Part shown: piece after piece, positions 26,911-35,976 of the stretch
How the letters are laid out: each line of letters starts with the position of its first letter
Position numbering within the stretch: position 1 is the stretch's first letter
Source of the DNA: Acutalibacteraceae bacterium
GTDB lineage: Bacteria; Bacillota; Clostridia; Oscillospirales; Acutalibacteraceae
Reading direction: 5' to 3'
NCBI GenBank assembly: GCA_045541305.1
Contig: JAZQIV010000176.1
Location: 3,173 to 67,172 of the forward strand
Length of the DNA stretch: 64,000 nucleotides
Program-made: the position numbers and the translations under genes
The notes under the pieces: model-generated
What the model saw: only the letters and a program-made list of their open reading frames with translations
Databases searched by the model: none
Told to the model about the DNA's origin: nothing

Positions 26911-27899
26911 AAGCGGTTTTAATAGACGAAAATCGGGCATTGCATTGGTCCGATGTTCCCGATCCGGTGATTCGGGAAGATGAGGTTTTAGTTAGAATAC
27001 ATGCGGCGGCGTTGAACCGTGCCGATTTGATGCAACGCGAAGGCAATTATCCGCCCCCGCCCGGTTGCCCTGAGTGGATGGGCTTGGAAATTTCCGGGGT
27101 TATCGAGCAAATGGGTGCGGATGTACCGGCTCTTTCCAATTGGAAACTCGGCGACCGCGTTTGTGCCTTGTTGGGCGGCGGTGGCTATGCCGAGTATGTA
27201 GCGGTCAAGTACGATATGCTCATGCCCATTCCCAATGGCTTATCCATGGTGGAGGCTGCGGCATTGCCCGAGGCTTTTGCAACGGCATATTTAAATTTGT
27301 TTATCGAGGGTAAAATCCAAAAAGGAAACACCTTGCTCATGCATGCGGGTGCCAGCGGTTTGGCGAGTGTTGTGATTCCTATGGCAAAGGCATTCGGAAT
27401 TCGTGTGATCACAACGGTTTTGTCGGATGACATTGCAAAATCGATTCGGCATCTGAACGCCGATGTTATTATCAACACTTCCACGCAAAACATTGCCACA
27501 GAACTGAAAAAGCAGCTCGATGCGGGTCACCCGGTCGATGTGGCAATCGACTGCCTCGGCGGTCGGATGATGGGCCAATGCTTGCCTTATATGCAGCATG
27601 GCGGTCGTTGGATCATGATCGCAACCTTGGCAGGGGATATGACCAAAGTGGATCTGCGTAACATTTATGTTCGTAACGTCCGCATCATTGGCAGTACACT
27701 GCGTTCCCGCACACCGAAGGTGAAAGCAGAAATTCTGGCATCGCTTGTCAAAGATGTGTGGAGCAAGGTGGAAAGCGGTGAGGTTCGACCCACCGTCTAC
27801 AAAGTCTTGCCGATTACTGAGGCGGAAGAAGCACATAGCATTCTTGAACGCGGTGAAAATGTCGGCAAAGTCGTGCTGACAGTTTGCGAGGAAGCATAA
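26907..27899 (+). CDS. NAD(P)H:quinone oxidoreductase-like MDR (zeta-crystallin/PIG3 type)
   Basis: GTG start overlapping the upstream stop (GTGA). Motifs AAALNRADLMQREGNYPPPPG and HAGASGLASVVIPMAKAFG. Confidence 0.8.
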   Translation: MKAVLIDENRALHWSDVPDPVIREDEVLVRIHAAALNRADLMQREGNYPPPPGCPEWMGLEISGVIEQMGADVPALSNWKLGDRVCALLGGGGYAEYVAVKYDMLMPIPNGLSMVEAAALPEAFATAYLNLFIEGKIQKGNTLLMHAGASGLASVVIPMAKAFGIRVITTVLSDDIAKSIRHLNADVIINTSTQNIATELKKQLDAGHPVDVAIDCLGGRMMGQCLPYMQHGGRWIMIATLAGDMTKVDLRNIYVRNVRIIGSTLRSRTPKVKAEILASLVKDVWSKVESGEVRPTVYKVLPITEAEEAHSILERGENVGKVVLTVCEEA

Positions 27900-27911
27900 A
27901 GGAGGCATTGT

Positions 27912-28451
27912 ATGAAACGTTCAGTTTATGATGAGCAGGTACGCAAAGCCCTGGCTTATTACGAAAAAGCTCACATTGTGTTAACAAAACAAGAACAGCA
28001 ATCCATCGAGGTTGCGGATTTCGGCATGAACGACGTGGAAAATGTCGGCTTGCAGTTGCTTACCTATATTAACACAGAACGTGTATGCGCCAAGGAAATG
28101 GTTTTACTTCCGTATCAAACCTGTCCCGAGCACAAGCATGTACCGTCTTATGGAAAAAATGGCAAGGAGGAAACCTTCCGCTGCCGTTACGGTATGGTGT
28201 ATTTGTACGTGAGCGGTGAGGGAAATCTCCATGCGATACAGGGAAAACTACCGCCTACAGATGTGACGGTGTTCCACGAGGTGGTGCTGCATGCCGGTGA
28301 ACAGTACACGATTTACCCCGAAACCCTGCACTGGTTTCAGGCAGGCAAAGACGGTGCGGTGATCTCGGAGTTTTCCACCACCAGCACCGATGAAACCGAC
28401 TATTTTACCGATGCGCGCATTGTGCGTGAAACGGTAATTGAAGAGTCCTAA
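27912..28451 (+). CDS. D-lyxose/D-mannose ketol-isomerase-like cupin
   Basis: 179 aa. The cupin metal-site pattern CPEHKHV...GKEETFRCRYG resembles the YdaE/D-lyxose isomerase family. AAAGGAGG ribosome-binding site. Confidence 0.65.
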   Translation: MKRSVYDEQVRKALAYYEKAHIVLTKQEQQSIEVADFGMNDVENVGLQLLTYINTERVCAKEMVLLPYQTCPEHKHVPSYGKNGKEETFRCRYGMVYLYVSGEGNLHAIQGKLPPTDVTVFHEVVLHAGEQYTIYPETLHWFQAGKDGAVISEFSTTSTDETDYFTDARIVRETVIEES

Positions 28452-28485
28452 CCTGTGTGGCGACACTCTGCCACAATGCGCAAGA

Positions 28486-28505
28486 TTTCTAAAAATCTTC
28501 TAAAA
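28486..28505. repeat. 20-bp direct repeat, copy 1 (tttctaaaaatcttctaaaa)
   Basis: An exact second copy lies at 29067-29086. Together they bracket the tRNA-fragment/att region. Confidence 0.8.
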
Positions 28506-28672
28506 GTTTTTAGAAATATCAAATTTGTGGATGTTTTCGTGATCGTGTAATAAAAAAGTACAGCACCCTCGAAAAGCCTAGTATTCAAGCGGGTTTTCAG
28601 GGGTGCTGTTCGGTTTTGGATAACGAAAAACATGGCGTTTTAAATGATATTATTCGCCCATGGGGTTCAAGA

Positions 28673-28704
28673 GGCCGCAGGTTCGACTCCTGTCACTCGG
28701 ACCA
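28673..28704 (+). other. tRNA 3'-end fragment (T-arm + acceptor 3' strand + ACCA), tRNA-Pro-like; no intact tRNA
   Basis: ggccGCAGGTTCGACTCCTGTcactcggACCA has a canonical T-arm (G53-TTCGAnT-C61) and a CCA end. No complementary 5' acceptor strand (ccgagtg) lies ~70 nt upstream. It resembles the 3' end of Bacillus tRNA-Pro from memory. Confidence 0.55.
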
Positions 28705-28748
28705 TAAAAAAGAGGACTGACTTGTGTCAGTCCTCTTTTTTATGGTCC
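28699..28748. terminator. Perfect 23-bp-arm palindrome, likely a bidirectional intrinsic terminator
   Basis: ggaccataaaaaagaggactgac - ttgt - gtcagtcctcttttttatggtcc. The arms contain an A-run and a T-run, and the palindrome overlaps the tRNA-like CCA end. Confidence 0.7.
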
Positions 28749-28992
28749 AATGGATAGATTCAAGCGGCCTCTTGAACCCGAGAGGGTTTCGGCGAATAGC
28801 AAAGTTGCCGGTGGCAAGTTTGCCGCCGAAAATGGCGCAGCGCTGTGCGCAAGCCTCCGTCTGCAAGCGAATGCGAAGCAGACGACAAGAGGCCGCATTT
28901 GTTACTCGTAACAACCCAAGATGGGTGCTAACGGGACGTCGAGGGTGCCGTCCCCTACAAAGACGAGAAGTAATTACCGCACTGTACAGTAA

Positions 28993-29008
28993 CCTGTCAC
29001 TCGGACCA
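28993..29008 (+). repeat. 16-bp duplicate of the tRNA-fragment end (cctgtcactcggacca), att-like
   Basis: Exact copy of 28689-28704, located ~85 bp from the end of the integrase remnant. Confidence 0.6.
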
Positions 29009-29066
29009 GTTGTAGCAAGGGTTTCAAGGTTTTTTACAATCTTGGAACTCTTCTTTTTCTGCCGTT

Positions 29067-29086
29067 TTTCTAAAAATCTTCTAAAA
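29067..29086. repeat. 20-bp direct repeat, copy 2
   Basis: Exact copy of 28486-28505. Confidence 0.8.
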
Positions 29087-29093
29087 ATGGGGC

Positions 29094-29639
29094 TCACGAA
29101 ATTTTATCCCCGAAAAGGGTGTTGATTTTTTCCGCCATTCCTACTTTCATTCCGATATCAATATGGGTGTAAATGTTCATCGTGGTGCTGATATCGGAAT
29201 GCCCTAACCAGATCTGAATTTCCTTGGGAGAGAACCCTAACTTATTCAAATAACTGGCGGTGGAATGCCGCAGATCGTGCAGGCGAATGTGGCGCAGCCC
29301 ATTCGCCTTTAATAATTTTGTGAGGGCTCGGTTTAAGTAACCAATGTCGGGTAATTGCCCATTGTCCCATACGTACACATAATCGCTGTCCATGTATGCC
29401 TCACGCATCACACGGCGATTCTCTTCCTGTTGCGCTTTGACTTTGAGGAGATGTTCTTTAACAGACGCGATCAAGGGAAACGTGCGGCGGCTGGCCTCGT
29501 TCTTTGGCTGCTTTTCCACATCGGTGCTGACCCGTACGCGCGTGTTGACAATGCTGATGGTGTTTTCCTCAAAATCAATATCGCACCATCGAAGTCCCAA
29601 GATCTCACCGCGGCGCAGCCCGTGGGGTCACTTCTTTAA
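29094..29639 (-). pseudogene. Tyrosine recombinase (phage-type integrase), 5'-truncated remnant
   Basis: Only the C-terminal catalytic domain is present: GLRRGEILGLRWCDID (Arg I box, extending upstream of the tracked TTG), HDLRHSTAS (HxxR), and LGHSDISTTMNIYTH (catalytic Tyr). An in-frame TGA lies directly upstream of PHGLRRGE. No N-terminal core-binding domain is present. Confidence 0.8.
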
Positions 29640-29867
29640 AACAACAAGGGTCCTACCGTCGGGGGGTGCGCAGCGTAATTTTCGCATATGGAGAAATGCG
29701 CGTGCGGTGTTTGTTAGGACTGGCACAAAAATAGCCGACGTGGGGCAGAGAAGAAGGCGGGAAAGGGGACAAAGCGAATCGCTTTGCCCCCTGCCACGCC
29801 TTTATTTTATTAGAGTGATTGGCTTTTGAGGGGCGACGAATGAAACAAGGAGCTTGATAGTAGTGCT

Positions 29868-30704
29868 CTATTTTGTATTTTTCCTGTAATACGTTGGTGG
29901 AAAACCGAAATGTTTTTTGAATGATCGAGCGAAGTAATTTGCATCAGAAAAACCACATTCTACAGCGATTTCTCCAATGGAGAGGGCAGTATGCTTGATT
30001 CTTTCAAAGGCCCGTTCCAAGCGATAAATGTTAAGATATTGGATAGGGGATAGACCGATAGCTTCTTTGAACATTCGATAGAGATGTGTTATCGAATACC
30101 CAAACTGATTGCTCAATAAGGCGGAATTCATATCTTGGTTAAAGTTTTGTTCGAGATAATTCACTATCTCTTGGACTGTCGTACTTTTCTGCCGCTCCTG
30201 CAGCTGTAAAAGATTATTTTCAAGCAGGAGGAAGAGAAGGAGGTAGATCTTGTGGGTGATCTCTAACGATTCCTTGTGATGACAATTACATATTTCTTGA
30301 AAGCACTGTATGGTAAACATATCTAAAGTAATCGGCTTTAGTTTTGCCCTGCCGTCATAAAGGGTTGGTAGAAGATTTTTACAGATTTCAGTATTGTTAT
30401 AAAATGAACGCACATCAAACATTAGTACATCGTAGTCAACTTCTTGAGTTTTCGTGTACCCTTTGTGCGACATTTTTGGTGGGATGATAACCAGGGAGCC
30501 GGCATGAGCGGTGAGAGTGGTTGTACCGTAATCTAATATCATTTCGCCTTGCCGAATATATAAGAGCTCCATACGGTCATGCCAGTGTATTCTGAAACAA
30601 GACGATTGTGCTTGATAGTTAAAATGCAGCACTTTAATTGCGGTAGCCGTATAGTGAACCTTTGCCAGTTCTTTGATTGTATTGCTCATAAGGGGACACA
30701 CCAC
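29868..30704 (-). CDS. AraC-family transcriptional regulator (cupin sensor + HTH)
   Basis: C-terminal HTH LSIGEIAVECGFSDANYFARSFKKHFGFPPTYYRK and an N-terminal cupin-like domain. Confidence 0.9.
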   Translation of the reverse strand: MVCPLMSNTIKELAKVHYTATAIKVLHFNYQAQSSCFRIHWHDRMELLYIRQGEMILDYGTTTLTAHAGSLVIIPPKMSHKGYTKTQEVDYDVLMFDVRSFYNNTEICKNLLPTLYDGRAKLKPITLDMFTIQCFQEICNCHHKESLEITHKIYLLLFLLLENNLLQLQERQKSTTVQEIVNYLEQNFNQDMNSALLSNQFGYSITHLYRMFKEAIGLSPIQYLNIYRLERAFERIKHTALSIGEIAVECGFSDANYFARSFKKHFGFPPTYYRKNTK

Positions 30705-30810
30705 CTTTCTTAAAATGGTAAAGAAATGCTGACAAACGGCAAGTCCGTCCTATTATTCATGTTAGATTTATGCTAACATGAAGTCAAACATCGACATGCG
30801 GGAGGACAGT

Positions 30811-32112
30811 ATGAAAACATTTTCTGTAATTCTGATTGGCGCAGGTATGCGCGGGACGAGCTATACGACAATTATGAAGAATCATCCCGATCAGTTTAAG
30901 GTGGTTGCAGTTGCCGAGCCAAACGAAGGACGACGCAGACAAATTCAAGAACTGCATAACCTATCGGATGATTGCTGCTTCTATTCTTGGGAGGACATCT
31001 TGTCCAAGCCAAAGATGGCGGATATTGCGTTGATCTGTACCATGGACAACATGCACTATGAGGCGGCGCTGAAAGCAATTGCATTAGGGTACAATCTCGT
31101 CTTGGAAAAACCCGTTGCGCAGACGGCTAAACAATGTGCGGATATTGCATTGGCCGCCAAACAAAAAGGTGTCAAGGTTCTGGTTTGCCACGTGTTACGT
31201 TACACTCCGTTTTTCAACACGGTTAAGAAACTTGTGATGGACGGGACGATTGGTAAAGTTATGTCAGTCATACACGTAGAGTCGGTAGGCGTTATCCATC
31301 AGAGTCACAGCTATGTTCGGGGCAACTGGCATAGCGAAAAAGAGACTTCTCCGATGTTGTTAGCAAAATGCTGCCACGATATTGATATTCTTCAATGGCT
31401 GATCGACAAACCGTGTAAAAAGGTGCAATCATTTGGCAATCGAACGTATTTTAGAGAAGAAAATGCGCCGGAAGGAGCACCGGCCCGTTGTATTGATGGC
31501 GGTTGTCCCATTGAAGAAACTTGCCCGTACAATTGCAAAAAAGTCTATTATTATCATCACAGTCAAAGTCAATGGCTGAGGCCGGCGTGTGCACAGGGCA
31601 TTGCCAAGGAATACGATCCGACGGACGACGAGATCTTGGCTGCTCTTCATACAACGGATTATGGTTTGTGTGTGTTCCGTGCGAATAATGATGTCGTGGA
31701 TCATCAAATTGTGAATATGGAGTTTGAAGGCGGGGCAACGGCATCCTTAACGATGAACGGTTTTGGCCGCGGTGGCCGATATATTCGCATTTTCGGAACC
31801 AAAGGAGAGCTTTATGCTAACATGTCGGATAAAGAGATCACATTCTATACGTTCTCGGATGCACAGTTTCATAACGTAAAGGTTTCAAGTTTGGATGAAG
31901 GCATTATGAGCGGTCACGGAGGCGGCGATCAAGGTATTATATCCGAGTTGTACGATTATTTGAGTGGCAATTATGCCGGATACCGTGCGGCAGATATTGA
32001 AATATCTGTTAAAAATCATTTGATTGGTTTTGCCGCCGAAAGATCACGGTATAACAATACGGTTGAAGATATCACTGCATTCTTTAAAGAATTCGGCATG
32101 ACGAACGAATAA
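30811..32112 (+). CDS. Gfo/Idh/MocA-family oxidoreductase
   Basis: Start moved to ATG 30811 (GGGAGG upstream). Rossmann segment VILIGAGMRGTSY and EKP motif LVLEKPVAQT. Confidence 0.8.
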   Translation: MKTFSVILIGAGMRGTSYTTIMKNHPDQFKVVAVAEPNEGRRRQIQELHNLSDDCCFYSWEDILSKPKMADIALICTMDNMHYEAALKAIALGYNLVLEKPVAQTAKQCADIALAAKQKGVKVLVCHVLRYTPFFNTVKKLVMDGTIGKVMSVIHVESVGVIHQSHSYVRGNWHSEKETSPMLLAKCCHDIDILQWLIDKPCKKVQSFGNRTYFREENAPEGAPARCIDGGCPIEETCPYNCKKVYYYHHSQSQWLRPACAQGIAKEYDPTDDEILAALHTTDYGLCVFRANNDVVDHQIVNMEFEGGATASLTMNGFGRGGRYIRIFGTKGELYANMSDKEITFYTFSDAQFHNVKVSSLDEGIMSGHGGGDQGIISELYDYLSGNYAGYRAADIEISVKNHLIGFAAERSRYNNTVEDITAFFKEFGMTNE

Positions 32113-32134
32113 ACAAATGCGATTCCGATTATAA

Positions 32135-32172
32135 CTGCAAACAGCCCTTGATATTTCAAGGGCTGTTTGCAG
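32135..32172. terminator. Bidirectional intrinsic terminator between convergent genes
   Basis: ctgcaaacagccctt - gatatttc - aagggctgtttgcag: a 15-bp perfect stem. Confidence 0.7.
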
Positions 32173-32225
32173 TCGTCTACCACCTGTAATGAAAGCGACT
32201 ACAGAAAGAAAGCTATAGCATACCA

Positions 32226-33029
32226 CTATTCATTAAGTTGTTTACACTTAAAATCGTTTAGCAGTTGAGGATATAGCTGACAACTCATACCACCGTCAAC
32301 CACAAGCTCTGTACCCGTTACGTTTTTAGACATATCCGTACCAAAATACCAAACGGCGTTTGCAATATCTTCATAATCGGAAATGTCGCCGATGGGGGTT
32401 AACTCTCCGTTTACGATTTGTTTGTTACCCATGGCGTACCAACGTTCGGTTTTTATGGTTCCCGGCAGTACGACGTTGCTTCGGATGCCATATTGTCCCA
32501 AATCGACGGCTAAAGCTTTAGAAAAGGCGTTGATACCGCCTTTTGAAGCCGAATATGCTGCGCGGTTTGGGATTGCTCTGTAAGAGGTGTTTGAGCTTAA
32601 AAACACAATGGAACCTTTATGATGTTCTTTCATTCGGATTGCCGCCTGGCGAATCATCATAAAATTCCAAACCAGGTTTGTTTCAAACACTTCTTGAAAA
32701 TCACGAACGTCTTGCGTAAAGAAGTCAAGTCCCTTGGCGGGGTCGGAACCATAGCCCATATTTGCCGCGTTTAATACGATTGTCTCAACAAATCTACCGG
32801 TTTTATCGATATCGTTAAAAATATCGATCACTTGTTGCTCATTGCGAATATTGCATTCGTAGCCTTTTGAAAAAATGCCATATGTGTCCGCTAAAATCTT
32901 GGCAGACTTTTCAGCCTCTTCTCCTTTGCGGCTGGTGATAAAAACGTCCCAACCTTGCTTCGCAAAGAACTCGGCAATTCCGTAACCTGTACAGGACTGA
33001 GCACCTGTAATAAAAACTGCTTTATTCAT
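32226..33029 (-). CDS. Short-chain dehydrogenase/reductase (SDR)
   Basis: Start moved to the internal ATG (MNKAVFITGAQSCTGYG) with GAGGTG upstream, which removes the overlap with the dehydratase gene. TGxxxGxG and YSASK (YxxxK) motifs are present. Confidence 0.85.
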   Translation of the reverse strand: MNKAVFITGAQSCTGYGIAEFFAKQGWDVFITSRKGEEAEKSAKILADTYGIFSKGYECNIRNEQQVIDIFNDIDKTGRFVETIVLNAANMGYGSDPAKGLDFFTQDVRDFQEVFETNLVWNFMMIRQAAIRMKEHHKGSIVFLSSNTSYRAIPNRAAYSASKGGINAFSKALAVDLGQYGIRSNVVLPGTIKTERWYAMGNKQIVNGELTPIGDISDYEDIANAVWYFGTDMSKNVTGTELVVDGGMSCQLYPQLLNDFKCKQLNE

Positions 33030-33073
33030 GGTACACCTCGTTGATATTTTCATATGCTTAATAACAATCGAAA

Positions 33074-34234
33074 TTAAAAATAAAACTCGCTCTTTGCGGG
33101 ACGAATATTCGTTAAGGCACCGGTATAGTGGCGCAATGTATGTGGTTGATAAGGGTGCTTTAGACATTCTTCCTCGTTGATTTCAATGCCAATGCCCGGC
33201 TTGTCCGGGATCGTGATATACCCATCTTTATATTCCAACTCTTCATTTGTGACATCTTTACGCCACTCAACATCCGAATACATGATCTCCAGTATTTCAA
33301 AATTAGGACAGCAAGCAGCGAGCTGAAGGGTTGCCGCATTCGCAACCGGGCCGGAAGGATTGTGAGGGGCAAAGGGGATATAGTGCGCCTCCGCTTGAGC
33401 GGCGATCTTTTTCAGTTCCATAATGCCACCTGCGTGGGAAATATCGGGTTGGATATAATCCGCAGCTCGCAGTTCAAACAATTCCCGGTAATCTCGGCGG
33501 CTGTAGAGCCGTTCTCCGGCGGAAATCGCAACAGGAGACTTTTCTCGGACTGCTTTGAGGGCTTCCAGATTATCGGGTGGAACGGGTTCCTCAAAGAATA
33601 GGGGCTTGAACTGTTCCAATTCTTTGGCGATGCGTATGCCGGTGGGTACATCAAATCTGCCGTGACCCTCTATCAGTAAATCGACCTCATTGCCAACAGC
33701 CTCGCGCACAGCCGCCACGTTGCGAAGTGCTTTGTTTAGCTCAGCGTTGGATATGTTCATATAGTTTTTGCCGAACGGATCCCACTTCATTGCAGTCACT
33801 CCGCGTTTGACCGCAATTTTTGCCTTTTCGGCAAATTCTTCAGGCTCTTTTGCTCCGGCAAACCAACCATTAACATAAATGCGTACTTTATCGTGCACCT
33901 TACCGCCTAACAGCTGATAAACCGGAACATTAAGGTGCTTACCTAAAATATCCCACAATGCTACTTCAACAGCGGATAAGGCAGACATAAGTACGGGCCC
34001 TCCGCGCCAATATGCATTCCGATAAATATCATGATAATGTTTTTCGATTTCAAGCGGGTTTTTGCCGATCAGGTATTCTTTAATATGCTCGAGCGCTCCT
34101 AAAAAGGCTTTTTCCTTGTATTCCAACGTGCCTTCTCCCACGCCGGTGATGCCCTCATCGGTATACACTTTTACAAAAATCCAATTTGTTCTGAAGCAAT
34201 CGACAACAAAAGGTTTAACATCCGTGATTTTCAT
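33074..34234 (-). CDS. Enolase-superfamily sugar-acid dehydratase (mandelate racemase/galactonate dehydratase family)
   Basis: MKITDVKPFVV...WIFVKVYTDEGITGVGEG capping domain. Barrel acidic ligands in DLLIEGHGRF, FFEEPV and AGERLYS. PDISHAGGI motif. Confidence 0.85.
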   Translation of the reverse strand: MKITDVKPFVVDCFRTNWIFVKVYTDEGITGVGEGTLEYKEKAFLGALEHIKEYLIGKNPLEIEKHYHDIYRNAYWRGGPVLMSALSAVEVALWDILGKHLNVPVYQLLGGKVHDKVRIYVNGWFAGAKEPEEFAEKAKIAVKRGVTAMKWDPFGKNYMNISNAELNKALRNVAAVREAVGNEVDLLIEGHGRFDVPTGIRIAKELEQFKPLFFEEPVPPDNLEALKAVREKSPVAISAGERLYSRRDYRELFELRAADYIQPDISHAGGIMELKKIAAQAEAHYIPFAPHNPSGPVANAATLQLAACCPNFEILEIMYSDVEWRKDVTNEELEYKDGYITIPDKPGIGIEINEEECLKHPYQPHTLRHYTGALTNIRPAKSEFYF

Positions 34235-34905
34235 ATGACTATCTCCTCGTAAATGGTAGGAATGATTTTGTTGTTGACGTGAAAATCATTTGGGTTTATC
34301 TCGTCAAACATTCCCCAGTGGATGGGAACGACCAATTTTGCACCGATTTTTTTACTGAAAGTTTCCGCATCGTGCATATTCATATTATTGCCCACCCCGT
34401 TTATCGGCACAAAAGCAATATCGGGTTTGGTACCGATATCGTTAATAACCTTTTCGTTGTATAAGGTATCGCCGGCAATATAATAGGTTTTATCGCCATA
34501 TGACAAGATGACGCCGATGGCGCTTGTGTCGCTATGTTCAGCATAGACTGCTTCAAATGTAATGCCCTTCTCTGTCCAAACCGTGCCGCGATTAAAAAGC
34601 ACATAGTTATGAGTTGCGCCATGCTTCCTTGCGACTTGCCAGGCGTTCCCCGAAGCCAAAACACAAATGTTTTCGTGCTTGCTTAAAATAACATTCAATG
34701 TTTCGGGATCGGTGTGATCCAGGTGGTTATGCGTTAAAACCAGTATGTCGGGTTTTATCTCGAAAAAATGCGCGTCAATGGGTTGCCGACGGTAATTGCG
34801 GGGATTTATTTTTTCCACACTGTTTGACAGATAAGGATCCACCATCACTTTTATGCCCGCAAAATCCAATAAAAGGCCGGCTTGCCCTAACCAAACGACT
34901 TTCAT
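34231..34905 (-). CDS. MBL-fold metallo-hydrolase
   Basis: Start moved to the internal ATG (MKVVWLGQAGLL) with GAGGT upstream. HxHxDH motif LTHNHLDHTD. Its stop overlaps the dehydratase start (ATGA). Confidence 0.8.
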   Translation of the reverse strand: MKVVWLGQAGLLLDFAGIKVMVDPYLSNSVEKINPRNYRRQPIDAHFFEIKPDILVLTHNHLDHTDPETLNVILSKHENICVLASGNAWQVARKHGATHNYVLFNRGTVWTEKGITFEAVYAEHSDTSAIGVILSYGDKTYYIAGDTLYNEKVINDIGTKPDIAFVPINGVGNNMNMHDAETFSKKIGAKLVVPIHWGMFDEINPNDFHVNNKIIPTIYEEIVI

Positions 34906-34980
34906 TTTCAACCTCGTTCTTTCGCTCTTGAAAAAATAAGAAAAAACTGTATAATTCAGTATATAATACTTCAAGGAGTT

Positions 34981-35025
34981 TTGTTTAAGTATACTGTATG
35001 ATTTTTTAAAAATACTGTATTTCAG
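34981..35025 (-). promoter_or_regulatory. Operator/promoter element, copy 1 (two ATACAGTAT half-sites 21 bp apart on the - strand)
   Basis: atactgtat at 34991-34999 and 35012-35020. The 42-bp core matches 35977-36018 in inverted orientation with 2 mismatches. It lies between the divergent MBL operon and the AraC gene. Confidence 0.5.
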
Positions 35026-35036
35026 GAGGTTGAAAT

Positions 35037-35810
35037 ATGCTTAGAAATCTAGGCGCCGGTCTTTTTAGAAGCGAAAGAATATTCGGCAATTTAGAGCGCT
35101 CAACTGAACGAGTAGTCACCACGTTCGAGATCGATTTGTATCGGAGAGATGGCGGTATCGCACACTTGAACGGCGAAAAGTTGCCGATAAAAAAAGGTGC
35201 AATCTTGGTCGCATCCCCCGGCGATAAGCGATATAGCATTTTACCTTTTTCATGCTATTATTTACATTTCGAGACCGATGATGAGCAAATCATTTCTCTG
35301 ATGCAAGAAATCAACGGACTTTACGATTATTGTAATTATGAAAAATTGTCGCAAAAAATTAAAGAATTAGATATACTTTATAAAGCGCAAGAGAATTATT
35401 TCGGTCTTAAAGAAACGGCCCTCATTATCGATATTCTGTACGAAATCTATCAAACAAAGCAAAAGCAATTTCACTCAAGTTTCCCAACCTCGCTGAACAT
35501 AGCACTGTCACATATTGAAAACAACTTCGCTGAAAAAATGACTGTCAAGGAACTGGCAGGACTTGGCAATATCAGTGAATCGCTATTACAGAAGCTCTTC
35601 GTAAAACATTTGGGCGATACACCGAATTCCTATTTAATTAAAGTGCGATTGCGGGAAGCTAAAAAAATGCTGACCGAAACAGACTGGAATTTGCAGGTGG
35701 TTTCCGAAAAATGCGGTTTCTTTTCCATGAGCTATTTTTGCGACTGTTTCAAGCGGAACGTTGGTATTTCTCCAAATAAATATCGTAAAATGAATCGATA
35801 CAACATCTAA
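35037..35810 (+). CDS. AraC-family transcriptional regulator
   Basis: C-terminal HTH domain (MTVKELAGLGNISESLLQKLF...GFFSMSYFCDCFKRNVGISPNKYRK). AGGAGG ribosome-binding site. Confidence 0.9.
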   Translation: MLRNLGAGLFRSERIFGNLERSTERVVTTFEIDLYRRDGGIAHLNGEKLPIKKGAILVASPGDKRYSILPFSCYYLHFETDDEQIISLMQEINGLYDYCNYEKLSQKIKELDILYKAQENYFGLKETALIIDILYEIYQTKQKQFHSSFPTSLNIALSHIENNFAEKMTVKELAGLGNISESLLQKLFVKHLGDTPNSYLIKVRLREAKKMLTETDWNLQVVSEKCGFFSMSYFCDCFKRNVGISPNKYRKMNRYNI

Positions 35811-35873
35811 ACTGCACACTTATACCTATTAAAGGAAGTTGACGCTATTTTGGTAATTGTGTGCCATCAATTG

Positions 35874-35909
35874 AAATCCACTCTACCGTTTGGCGGAGTG
35901 GATTTTTGC
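35874..35909 (+). terminator. Intrinsic terminator after the AraC gene
   Basis: aaatccactc - 12-nt loop - gagtggattt, followed by tt(gc): a 10-bp stem running into a T-run. Confidence 0.65.
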
Positions 35910-35976
35910 TTCGCTTTCGTATTTTTTGTGCCTGAGATTTGACAAAGGATGCATGACGAAAATCCGCAGCATATCA

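Noticed and set aside
28621-28704. Possibility that an intact tRNA or a tmRNA ends at 28704.
   Set aside because: The 5' acceptor strand complementary to cactcgg (ccgagtg) is absent ~70 nt upstream. No D-arm or anticodon arm can be drawn. The tmRNA-type GGGG.../...CCCCACCA ends are not present. It is a fragment only.
28693-29125. ORF-track entries 28693-29097 (-) and 28724-29125 (+) in the scar region.
   Set aside because: They overlap each other on opposite strands. They span the palindrome, the att repeats and the tRNA fragment. They have no RBS and are Arg/Ser-rich with no motif. They are most likely non-coding remnants.
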